Notes under the pieces: model-generated
What the model saw: the letters and a program-made list of their open reading frames with translations, nothing else
Told to the model about the DNA's origin: nothing
The model's database searches: none
Position numbers and translations under genes: made by a program
Shown here: positions 8,239 to 15,645 of the stretch, one piece after another
Position numbering within the stretch: the stretch's first letter is position 1
How the letters are laid out: the number at the start of each line of letters is the position of its first letter
Virus record (IMG/VR): IMGVR_UViG_3300046707_000073
Coordinates: 1 to 24,990 of that record
Length of the DNA: 24,990 bases
Strand: one strand, 5' to 3'
DNA from: a virus
Taxonomy: Duplodnaviria; Caudoviricetes

Positions 8239-8658
8239 ATGGCAGGTATGCAGGCACTCGGGCGGGCGTTCAACGTCATCCCGATCGCCGCCGGCAAGGG
8301 ACTGTCAATGAAGGAATGCAGCGCGGTCAGCTTCGTGTGCACCGGCAACGACACGTTCACCATCACCGTCGCGGCAACATTCGCCGGCTCGTACGCGACC
8401 CCCGGCAACATCATCACCGTCGTCTACACCTCGACGGCCACCGACGGGACGGCGGCGTGGGTGAAGACCACCCAGGCCGCATCCAACGCGGTCGTCATCG
8501 CGTCGGGCACGGTGGTGTTCACCGTCCTCGGCCCCGACCTGCCCGACCCGAAGTGTTACGTCAAGTGCTCGGTCGCCGCCGCGGGGCTGGTCGCCGCGGT
8601 CACCCACGACCTGACGGTGCGCCGTACCCCGGCGAACCTGGCAAAGCTCGGGGCGTGA
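8239..8658 (+). CDS. Putative capsid decoration/cement protein
   Basis: Immediately after MCP, SD AAGGTAGGA, beta-rich Thr/Val/Ala composition. Confidence 0.55.
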   Translation: MAGMQALGRAFNVIPIAAGKGLSMKECSAVSFVCTGNDTFTITVAATFAGSYATPGNIITVVYTSTATDGTAAWVKTTQAASNAVVIASGTVVFTVLGPDLPDPKCYVKCSVAAAGLVAAVTHDLTVRRTPANLAKLGA

Positions 8659-8659
8659 C

Positions 8660-9124
8660 ATGACCACGATCATCAAGAACCTCGACGTGCGCACCATCGC
8701 ACTCGGCATCAACGTGTCGCGGGCGACCAGCAACCTGCCGGCGACGGCGGCGCTGAACATCTTCACCGTGTCCGGCGGCCGGATCCTGATCGTGTCGCTG
8801 GTCGGCGAGGTCACCACCATCATTCAGGCGCAGGCCTGCACGGTGAAGGTGACCTCCACCCCGACGGCGGGCACGGCGGTGGACCTGTCGGCGGTGTCCG
8901 CATCCATCTCGGCGCTGGAGGTCGGCGGCCGGCTCACCCTGCCCGCCGCAGCGGCGACTGCACTGGTCACCGGCAACGCAGGCGGGGTCATCGGCTCACA
9001 GGCCAAGTGGGTCGTCGGCATCGGCAACATCTCCTACACCACGTCGGCGACCAACACCGGCCAGATCAAGTGGGATCTGGCCTATGTGCCCCTCGACGTC
9101 GGCTCACAGGTGGTGGCGGCCTGA
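8660..9124 (+). CDS. Putative virion structural (decoration) protein
   Basis: Beta-rich 154 aa, tight spacing in head module. Confidence 0.55.
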   Translation: MTTIIKNLDVRTIALGINVSRATSNLPATAALNIFTVSGGRILIVSLVGEVTTIIQAQACTVKVTSTPTAGTAVDLSAVSASISALEVGGRLTLPAAAATALVTGNAGGVIGSQAKWVVGIGNISYTTSATNTGQIKWDLAYVPLDVGSQVVAA

Positions 9125-9477
9125 TGCCAAAGACGCACCGCGACGGGACGGTCAGCCACGCAGCCCTCGGGCTGGTGGCCGTCCCGCCGTCGGTGCTGGC
9201 GTTCGCCCTGCACAACCAGGTCCACGCCGCCGACCGGGCGGCCGAGGCGGGGGAAGGTGAGCAGCCGTCAGCTGGTATCAACTCCTCGGAATCCGAGCCC
9301 AGCAGCGACTCGAGCGCGAGTGGGAACGCCAGAGGGTCCCGCAGGCGTGCCCCAACGACGGGCAGCCCCTCCTCCCGTCGCCGCAGGGCACCCTCTTCTG
9401 CCCCTTCGACGGATGGCAGTACCCCCGCGACTGGCATCCCGGCGCCTGAGGAGGCCGACAGTGTTGTGGATCTGTAA
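9124..9477 (+). CDS. Hypothetical protein with Ser/Arg/Pro-rich C-terminus overlapping a second gene
   Basis: TGATG overlap at 9122-9126; MPKTHRDGTVS...; 3' half looks like an out-of-frame shadow of ORF 9267-9449. Confidence 0.55.
   Translation: MPKTHRDGTVSHAALGLVAVPPSVLAFALHNQVHAADRAAEAGEGEQPSAGINSSESEPSSDSSASGNARGSRRRAPTTGSPSSRRRRAPSSAPSTDGSTPATGIPAPEEADSVVDL
9267..9449 (+). CDS. Hidden 60-aa CPxDG/CPxDG metal-binding-type protein with non-canonical GTC start
   Basis: (M)SWYQLLGIRAQQRLEREWERQRVPQACPNDGQPLLPSPQGTLFCPFDGWQYPRDWHPGA*; GAAGGTGA SD 6 nt upstream; about 52/60 codons end in G/C. Confidence 0.65.
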   Translation, partial: VSWYQLLGIRAQQRLEREWERQRVPQACPNDGQPLLPSPQGTLFCPFDGWQYPRDWHPGA

Positions 9478-9619
9478 CGCGTGCACGACCGCGTACGCCG
9501 TCGACGCGCCGTGCTGCCCGCACTGCGGCAGTAGCGACCACCGGCTGTCCACCGACCCCGCGCCCGAGCCGGTGGTCACCGCCAAGGCCGCCAAGGCGGG
9601 GGCGAGCGATGGGGCATGA
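9461..9619 (+). CDS. 52-aa zinc-ribbon protein
   Basis: GAGGAGG SD, GTG start, MLWICNACTTAYAVDAPCCPHCGS (CxxC...CxxC). Confidence 0.7.
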   Translation: MLWICNACTTAYAVDAPCCPHCGSSDHRLSTDPAPEPVVTAKAAKAGASDGA

Positions 9620-10373
9620 CGTCGAAACCCTGACGGCCCGCAACATCAAGAGCCAGCAGGCCGCCGTACACGCAATCCAGGCCGCCGCCGCCTCCGACGT
9701 GCCGGCGATGGTCGCCTCACAGTTGGCCACCTCCGGCGCAGGGGAAGCCCTGCGGATCGAATCGGCCAACACCACCGCACAGGCCATGACGGTGCGGCGC
9801 ACGACACTGGACACCTCCGGCGCGGACCTGTGGCGCAACCTCATCGGCGGCAAACGCACCGGCTACGCCAACGAAGGCGGCGAACTGCGGTCCCGCGCCT
9901 ACAACGGATCCAGGGTGGCGTTTCGCTGCCAGTCCGACGTGGCCGGCGACAACACCAGCCAAAACGTGCTCGAGGTGTGCCTGTCCGACGACACGGTCAT
10001 CTGGTCCGTCGCCGCCAACGGCACCGTAGGCGGCACCGGCGGCTTCAGCGCACTGGCCGACGTGGCGTCGATCTCCGCAAACGCATCCCAGGGCACCCCA
10101 CACTTCCAGTCCCGCAAGGAACCGGGCAGCGTGACCCGCCTGGTCGGCCAACTGGTCGTCGGCGCGGCCGGTATCACCGCCGGCGCCACCGTGGCCACCC
10201 TGCCCGCCGGGCAGTTGCCGCCGGCGGTGGTGGCGTTCACAACCCGGTTTGTCGGCACCGGCGCGGCGGCGGCCCTGTGGTCGATCGACACGGGCGGGGT
10301 CATCACCTGCTCGGCGAACCTGGTGACAGGCAACACGGTCAACTTCGACGGCATGACGTTCGTCCACGCCTAA
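9609..10373 (+). CDS. Fibre/receptor-binding-like protein in head-neck module
   Basis: C-terminal VxLxG...VATLPAGQLPP...IDTGG...VNFDGMTF pattern resembles phage fibre head domains. Confidence 0.55.
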   Translation: MGHDVETLTARNIKSQQAAVHAIQAAAASDVPAMVASQLATSGAGEALRIESANTTAQAMTVRRTTLDTSGADLWRNLIGGKRTGYANEGGELRSRAYNGSRVAFRCQSDVAGDNTSQNVLEVCLSDDTVIWSVAANGTVGGTGGFSALADVASISANASQGTPHFQSRKEPGSVTRLVGQLVVGAAGITAGATVATLPAGQLPPAVVAFTTRFVGTGAAAALWSIDTGGVITCSANLVTGNTVNFDGMTFVHA

Positions 10374-10439
10374 CAACTGAACACCCGCTCTTCCCTCCGG
10401 CGCCCACGGGCCCGGCGGTCAAGAAAGCAAGGACACAGG

Positions 10440-11489
10440 ATGAGCACGTGGTATGCGACGAGGGAACAGGTACGCCTGTCCCTGGACTATGAGGACACGC
10501 CGCGTAACACCATGCTCATCGACACCGCCATAGAGTCCGGCGCCCGCAGCATCGAGTCATCGCTGTCGCGGTTCTTCTACCCGACGATCGCCGTCCGCAA
10601 GTTCGACTGGCCGCCGCTGCCCACCGCCGGTAACTACCCGTGGCGGGTGTGGCTGGACGCGAACGAGGTCCTGTCGGTCACCACACTGACCTCCGGCGGC
10701 GTGGTCATCCCGTCGTCGGGGTATCTGCTGGAGCCCTACAACTACGGGCCGCCCTACAACCGCATAGACATCAACCTGGGCACCAACTCGGCGTTCACAT
10801 CGTCGGCGACCTGGCAGCAGTCGCTGTCGGTGGCCGGGGTGTTCGGCGCCTGCCAGGACACCGCCCCCTGCGGCACCCTCGCCGCCGCCATCTCCACCGT
10901 CGGGGCCACCACATGCTCCGTCACCGACTCCTCCGCCATCGGGGTGGGCACGATGCTGCTCGCCGACACCGAACGCATGTCCGTCACCGGCCGCAGCATG
11001 CTCACCACCGGGCAGACGCTGCAAACCCCGGTCACCGCGGACAAGGCAGTCGTCACGCTGGCGGTCACCGACGGCACGAAGTACTTCGTCGACGAAACGG
11101 TCCTGCTGGACGCCGAGCGGATGCGCATCATCGACATCGCCGGCAACAACCTGATCGTGAAGCGGGCGTGGGACGGCACCGTGCTCGCCTCGCATGCCGG
11201 TTCGACCATCTACGCCCCCCGCACCTTGACTATCACCCGCGGCGAGTGGGGTACCACCGCGGCCACGCATCTCATCTCGGCGCCGCTTTACCGCCACGTC
11301 CCGCCGGGCACGGTGACCGAACTCAACATCGCGGAGGCGGCCAACACCGTCCTGCAGAAGACCTCCGGCTACGCCCGCACCACCGGCGAGGGTGAAAACC
11401 AGCGGCCGGCGTCCGGTGCCGGTTTGTCGGACCTGCGCAAGCGTGCCGTGACCGAGTTGGGCCGCAAGGCCCGCCAGCGGACGGTGTGA
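10440..11489 (+). CDS. Head-tail adaptor (HK97 gp6/SPP1 gp15-like) with inserted beta modules
   Basis: YATREQVR...IDTAIESGARSIE N-terminus and VPPGTVTELNIAEA C-terminus; synteny; AAGGA SD. Confidence 0.7.
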   Translation: MSTWYATREQVRLSLDYEDTPRNTMLIDTAIESGARSIESSLSRFFYPTIAVRKFDWPPLPTAGNYPWRVWLDANEVLSVTTLTSGGVVIPSSGYLLEPYNYGPPYNRIDINLGTNSAFTSSATWQQSLSVAGVFGACQDTAPCGTLAAAISTVGATTCSVTDSSAIGVGTMLLADTERMSVTGRSMLTTGQTLQTPVTADKAVVTLAVTDGTKYFVDETVLLDAERMRIIDIAGNNLIVKRAWDGTVLASHAGSTIYAPRTLTITRGEWGTTAATHLISAPLYRHVPPGTVTELNIAEAANTVLQKTSGYARTTGEGENQRPASGAGLSDLRKRAVTELGRKARQRTV

Positions 11490-11490
11490 C

Positions 11491-11877
11491 ATGGCGGTGC
11501 GGGTCGAACTGTCGGGGCCGATCTTCGACGTCCGGGGTGAGCACGAGGTGGAGGCGTTCGTCACCCGCGCCCTCGATGAGGTCAGCCGGCAGGGCTACTC
11601 GAATGTCATGACCAACCTCAACGCGTCCATCAAGCACCCCACCCCGTACTACGAAACACAGATAACGGTGCACGAGGACGGGGCCGAGAAGCGGGTTGTC
11701 ACCGACCGTGGCGTCATCTACGGGCATTGGCTCGAGGGCGACGGGTCCCGCAACTTCCCGAAGACCCGCTTCCGCGGGTATGCCAGCTTCCGGCGTGGTG
11801 CGCAAACCCTGGCCGGGCAGGTCAAGGCCCTGGCCGAGCATGTGCTGCCGCCCTACCTGGACCGGATGAACCACTGA
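11491..11877 (+). CDS. Neck/tail completion protein (HK97 gp10-like)
   Basis: VIYGHWLEGDGS...FRGYASFR pattern; synteny. Confidence 0.6.
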   Translation: MAVRVELSGPIFDVRGEHEVEAFVTRALDEVSRQGYSNVMTNLNASIKHPTPYYETQITVHEDGAEKRVVTDRGVIYGHWLEGDGSRNFPKTRFRGYASFRRGAQTLAGQVKALAEHVLPPYLDRMNH

Positions 11878-12335
11878 TGGCCGCCCTCAACCTGTCGGCG
11901 CTGCTCGACGCACTGGCCACCGACGCCCTCAAAACCGGCCAGTTGGAACGGTTCCGGCTGCACGAGCCGAAGAACGCCCCAGGCAACGGCCTGTCCGGGT
12001 CGGTGTACCTGCAGGCCATCCGACCCGCCCGGTCGTCGGGCCTGGCCGTCACCTCCGCGCTGGTCACGTTCACGGTGCGGATCTATTCGCCGATGCTGGC
12101 CGAACCGCAGGACGACATAGACATCAACCTGTGCAACGCCGTGGATGCCCTGTTCACCGCCTACACCGGCGCGTTCACCCTGGGCGGCCTGGTGCAGGAG
12201 GTTGACCTGCTGGGCATCAACGGCACGCCCCTGTCGGCGCAGGCCGGCTATCTGACCATCGGCCAAACCATGTACCGGACCATGGACATCTTTCTGTCGC
12301 TGGTCGTCGACGACGTGTACCCCCAGGCCGCGTAA
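11877..12335 (+). CDS. Tail terminator-like protein
   Basis: TGATG overlap; 152 aa; TLGGLV motif; just before tail tube gene. Confidence 0.6.
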   Translation: MAALNLSALLDALATDALKTGQLERFRLHEPKNAPGNGLSGSVYLQAIRPARSSGLAVTSALVTFTVRIYSPMLAEPQDDIDINLCNAVDALFTAYTGAFTLGGLVQEVDLLGINGTPLSAQAGYLTIGQTMYRTMDIFLSLVVDDVYPQAA

Positions 12336-12347
12336 GGAGATTGGATC

Positions 12348-13097
12348 ATGGCCAAGGCTTCCGGGCTCGGCAACCAGCTGTATGTGGACAGCACCAACCT
12401 GTCCAACGACATCGGCGCCATCAAGCGCATCTCCGGCGGCAACAGCCCGCTGGTCATCACCGGCATCGACAAGCTCGCCTATGAGCGGGTCGGGGGCAAG
12501 CGGGACGGTGGGATCGACTTCACCGCGTGGAACAACACGGCGGCGGCCCGCGAGCACGCGGTGCTGTCGACGCTGCCCACCGCCGACCGGCAGGTGCTGG
12601 TGGCGGTGTCGACACTCATCGGATCCGATGCGGCGGCGATGATCGCCAAGCAGGTCAACTATGACCCGACACGGGGCGCCGACGGGTCGCTGACCGAGGA
12701 TGTGTCGGCGGTCGCGAACGGTTTCGGCCTGGAGTGGGGCAACCTGGTCACGGCTTGTGACCGCACCGACACTACGGCCACGTCGCCGGCGACGGGTGCG
12801 GACCTGAATGCCTACGGCGGGGCGTCGGTCAGCTTCTCGTGGCAGGCGTACCTGATCGTGTCGGCGTTCGCCGGCACCAGCGTGACGTGCACGCTGCAGG
12901 ACTCGGCCGACAACTCGGCGTTTGCGAACCTGACCGGCGGCGCGTTCACCGCGGCGTCCGCGCCCGGTACGCAGCGGCTTGCGGGCGGTGCGGCGGCGAC
13001 GGTGCGCAGGTATGTGCGGGTCATCACCACGGGCACCTTCTCCAACGCCGTGTTCACGGTCATGTTCGTGCGGAATATCTCGACGGTCGTCTTCTAG
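12348..13097 (+). CDS. Major tail/tube protein paralog 1 with C-terminal jelly-roll-like domain
   Basis: TAAGGAG SD; tube-like N domain (ITGIDK..ER....D); C domain TLQDSADNSAF...RRYVRV. Confidence 0.65.
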   Translation: MAKASGLGNQLYVDSTNLSNDIGAIKRISGGNSPLVITGIDKLAYERVGGKRDGGIDFTAWNNTAAAREHAVLSTLPTADRQVLVAVSTLIGSDAAAMIAKQVNYDPTRGADGSLTEDVSAVANGFGLEWGNLVTACDRTDTTATSPATGADLNAYGGASVSFSWQAYLIVSAFAGTSVTCTLQDSADNSAFANLTGGAFTAASAPGTQRLAGGAAATVRRYVRVITTGTFSNAVFTVMFVRNISTVVF

Positions 13098-13099
13098 CC

Positions 13100-13537
13100 A
13101 TGAACCGGCCCGAGCCGAACCTGGCCCCCCACGAGTACAAGACGTACCGGCTGTCGGCGCCGCTGGCCACCCACTTCCGGGATGCCACCTGCCAGGAGGT
13201 CGACTGCGGCGCGTACGCCAACGGCTGGCGCACCACCGTGGACGTGTCCACCGACCTGGGGCGCAAACAGGCCAACTACATCCGGTTGCTGTCCGCGCGG
13301 GCGTTCACGGTCGTCGAGACAGGCACGTTGGTCGAGTTCACGTTCCCCGCCGGCCAGACGTGCTTCGCCCAGCACAAGGTGCCGTTGGAGCGGGATGTGA
13401 CCTACCGGGTTGTCGGCGGCGACCACCGGGGCAACCCGCGCCGGGAGTCGTTCACACACACGTCGCCCGGGTCGTGGGTCGACGACTTCGCCACCCACAC
13501 CGAACGCATCAGCAAGATCCTGGCCGAGAGGGGCTGA
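13100..13537 (+). CDS. Hypothetical protein (145 aa, Cys/His motifs)
   Basis: ATG 2 nt after previous stop; ATCQEVDC and CFAQH motifs. Confidence 0.7.
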   Translation: MNRPEPNLAPHEYKTYRLSAPLATHFRDATCQEVDCGAYANGWRTTVDVSTDLGRKQANYIRLLSARAFTVVETGTLVEFTFPAGQTCFAQHKVPLERDVTYRVVGGDHRGNPRRESFTHTSPGSWVDDFATHTERISKILAERG

Positions 13538-13538
13538 C

Positions 13539-13742
13539 GTGGCGATCCCCACGCGGAAGGCGTTCGTGGACGCGCTGGTGCGCGCCGGGTTCGTGTCCGC
13601 CAACGACCTCAAGAACATCACGAAGATCGTAATCACTGTCGACGCAAAGAGCAGCTATCCCGACGACGGCATCGTCATCGTCATCGAACGCGTCGGCGAC
13701 GAGGCACTCATCAACGCACTCGACGAATTCGAAGGGAAGTAG
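13539..13742 (+). CDS. Hypothetical 67-aa protein
   Basis: GAGAGGGG SD, GTG start, MAIPTRKAFVDALVRAG... Confidence 0.65.
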   Translation: MAIPTRKAFVDALVRAGFVSANDLKNITKIVITVDAKSSYPDDGIVIVIERVGDEALINALDEFEGK

Positions 13743-13745
13743 ATC

Positions 13746-14147
13746 ATGGCGAAGGCCTCTGGGCTGGGCTGGACCACGTTATCCCTGGATGACAGCAGTG
13801 GCACCCCGGTCGTCATCAAGAACGACGTCACGAACCTCAGCTTCGCGACCCCGCGTGGCGTGCAGGACGTGACCGGTGTCGACAAGTCGGCCATTGAGCG
13901 GCTGCTGCTGCTTGCCGACTTCTCCGGCACGCTGAACGGCGTCTTCAACTCCGCGGTGTCGCACACCGCTCTGCGCACCGTGCCGTCCACGTCGGTGACG
14001 CGGACGCTGTCGCTGGTGGTCAACGCGGCGACGCTGCCCAACGAGGTGATCCTCACCGACTACCCGCTGACCAGGGCGCAGACGGGCGAGCTGACCTGGG
14101 CTGTGCCCTTCAGCCTCGCCGACGGCACGATACCTACCTGGTCGTAG
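13746..14147 (+). CDS. Major tail/tube protein paralog 2
   Basis: MAKASGLG start shared with 12348; NDVTNLSFATPRGVQDVTGVDKSAIERLLLLAD; 133-aa minimal tube size. Confidence 0.7.
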   Translation: MAKASGLGWTTLSLDDSSGTPVVIKNDVTNLSFATPRGVQDVTGVDKSAIERLLLLADFSGTLNGVFNSAVSHTALRTVPSTSVTRTLSLVVNAATLPNEVILTDYPLTRAQTGELTWAVPFSLADGTIPTWS

Positions 14148-14157
14148 GAAAAGGTAC

Positions 14158-14173
14158 TGGTAGTCTCCCATGT
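14158..14173 (+). promoter_or_regulatory. Leaderless extended -10 promoter for second endonuclease
   Basis: TGg-TAGTCT-cccatgt-ATG (7-nt spacer). Confidence 0.55.
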
Positions 14174-14824
14174 ATGAGAATGGCTGACTGCCACCCCGAC
14201 CGTCCACATCAGGCGCGCGGGCTGTGCAACCTGTGCTACCAGCGCGAATACGAGAAGACCCGATCGAAGACGCGGAGAAGGAAGGACCCCGATGGCTACG
14301 CACCCAACTACCGCAAGCCGCCGTTGCGGGTCGGACGCGTCCCCGATTGCCACCCCGACCGCAAGCACATGGGCCTGGGCATGTGTGGACCCTGCTACCG
14401 GACCGCCCGCAGCAAGGGCGGTCCGGGTAGTGCCACATGTCACCCGGACCGCCCGATGCTGGCCCGCGGCCTCTGCCACCCGTGCTATTCCAAACTGCGC
14501 TACTGGGACGACCCCGAGAAGTACCGCGCAGTCGCACGGGCAGCGGGAGCGGCGACACGGCAGCGCCTGCGGGATGAACTGGTGGCGGCGTACGGCGGCC
14601 GATGCGCTTGCGCGAACTGCCCTGAGACCGATCCGGCGTTCCTCACCCTCGACCACTCCGGCGGTGACGGGAAGGCGCACCGCATTGAGATGGGCAGCCA
14701 TACATACGGGGACCTGCGCCGCCGTGGCTGGCCGCAAGAGGGCTACCGGCTTCTCTGTTGGAACTGCAACGCCATGACCAGATTCGGGCGGACGTGTCCG
14801 CATGAAGGAGTACCTGATGAGTGA
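14174..14824 (+). CDS. His-Me finger (HNH/EndoVII-like) endonuclease with three N-terminal CHPDR zinc-finger repeats
   Basis: 3x CHPDR-x3-(ARGL/GLGM)-CxxCY; C-terminal YGGRCAC..C......LTLDH...LLCWNCN. Confidence 0.8.
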   Translation: MRMADCHPDRPHQARGLCNLCYQREYEKTRSKTRRRKDPDGYAPNYRKPPLRVGRVPDCHPDRKHMGLGMCGPCYRTARSKGGPGSATCHPDRPMLARGLCHPCYSKLRYWDDPEKYRAVARAAGAATRQRLRDELVAAYGGRCACANCPETDPAFLTLDHSGGDGKAHRIEMGSHTYGDLRRRGWPQEGYRLLCWNCNAMTRFGRTCPHEGVPDE

Positions 14825-15095
14825 TCCGATACAGATACCTGAGCCCGAGGTCGGGGTTCAGGTGGCCGTCAGTACCGCACCAGGCCCCGACGGCAAACCG
14901 TGGGTGCAACTACAGATCAACGCCGGCTTGGCCGGCTTCGCCCTGCTGGTACCCGAGCAGGGTGCCCGCGCGCTGGCGCAGGCGATCCCGCAGGCGCTCA
15001 CCCTGGGCGCCGACAACGCCCGCCGGGAGGCCCTCGGCCTGCTGGTGGCCGGCAACGGGCACCTGCCCGGGATCCTGCTGGCAGGTGGGCCGTGA
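14817..15095 (+). CDS. Hypothetical 92-aa protein
   Basis: GAAGGAG SD 6 nt before ATG 14817; TGATG overlap with chaperone. Confidence 0.65.
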   Translation: MSDPIQIPEPEVGVQVAVSTAPGPDGKPWVQLQINAGLAGFALLVPEQGARALAQAIPQALTLGADNARREALGLLVAGNGHLPGILLAGGP

Positions 15096-15520
15096 TGGGC
15101 GGCTACCAGCGCTCCACGTTGAAGCTGGTGTTCGCCGACCCGGAGCTGGCCGGGCTGGAGGTCAAGGCACGCCGCCTGACGGTGCGCGAGTTGCTGGAGT
15201 TGTCGAAGATGCGCACCGTCGACCCGGACAACGTCGACGCCATGGAGCACCTGCTGCACACGGCGACGGTCATGTCGGGGGTGCTGCTGGCGTGGAACCT
15301 GGCCGACGACGACGGCCAGCCGGTGCCGCTGTCCGCCGGCACCCTCGCAGACCAGGACCCTGACCTGTTGACGGCCATCATCGGCGCGGTGACCGCGGCC
15401 AGTGTCGGCGTGTCGCCCCCTTTGCCTCAGCCATCGGCCGATGGCGTGCCGTCCCCGGAGCTGTCACTGCCGATGGAGATCTCGTCACCGAGCCCCGGGA
15501 CCTCTTCGAAGCCCGACTGA
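15095..15520 (+). CDS. Tail assembly chaperone (gpG-like)
   Basis: AWNLADDDGQPVP motif; between tube and tape measure; slippery site inside. Confidence 0.8.
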   Translation: MGGYQRSTLKLVFADPELAGLEVKARRLTVRELLELSKMRTVDPDNVDAMEHLLHTATVMSGVLLAWNLADDDGQPVPLSAGTLADQDPDLLTAIIGAVTAASVGVSPPLPQPSADGVPSPELSLPMEISSPSPGTSSKPD

Positions 15521-15645
15521 TCGACGCCCTACTACGACGCTACCCCGGCTACACCCTGTCGACGCTGCTCGACGAGGACGCCGAACTGATCCGCATCGTG
15601 AACCTTGTCACCCCGCAGCGGGAGGAGGTGTCGGAAGATGGCTAA
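15095..15645 (+). CDS. Tail assembly chaperone -1 frameshift product (gpGT-like, about 183 aa)
   Basis: C CCT TTG at 15418-15424; -1 frame open to TAA 15643-15645 encoding ...EPRDLFEARLIDALLRRYPGYTLSTLLDEDAELIRIV... Confidence 0.75.

Noticed and set aside
9249-9260. GGGGGAA as slippery site leading into the hidden 9267 ORF
   Set aside because: A -1 slip there meets TGA 9258-9260 at once, so it cannot produce the fusion
9257-9460. N-terminal extension of the zinc-ribbon ORF from GTG 9257
   Set aside because: Low-complexity shadow sequence; a strong GAGGAGG SD supports GTG 9461 instead
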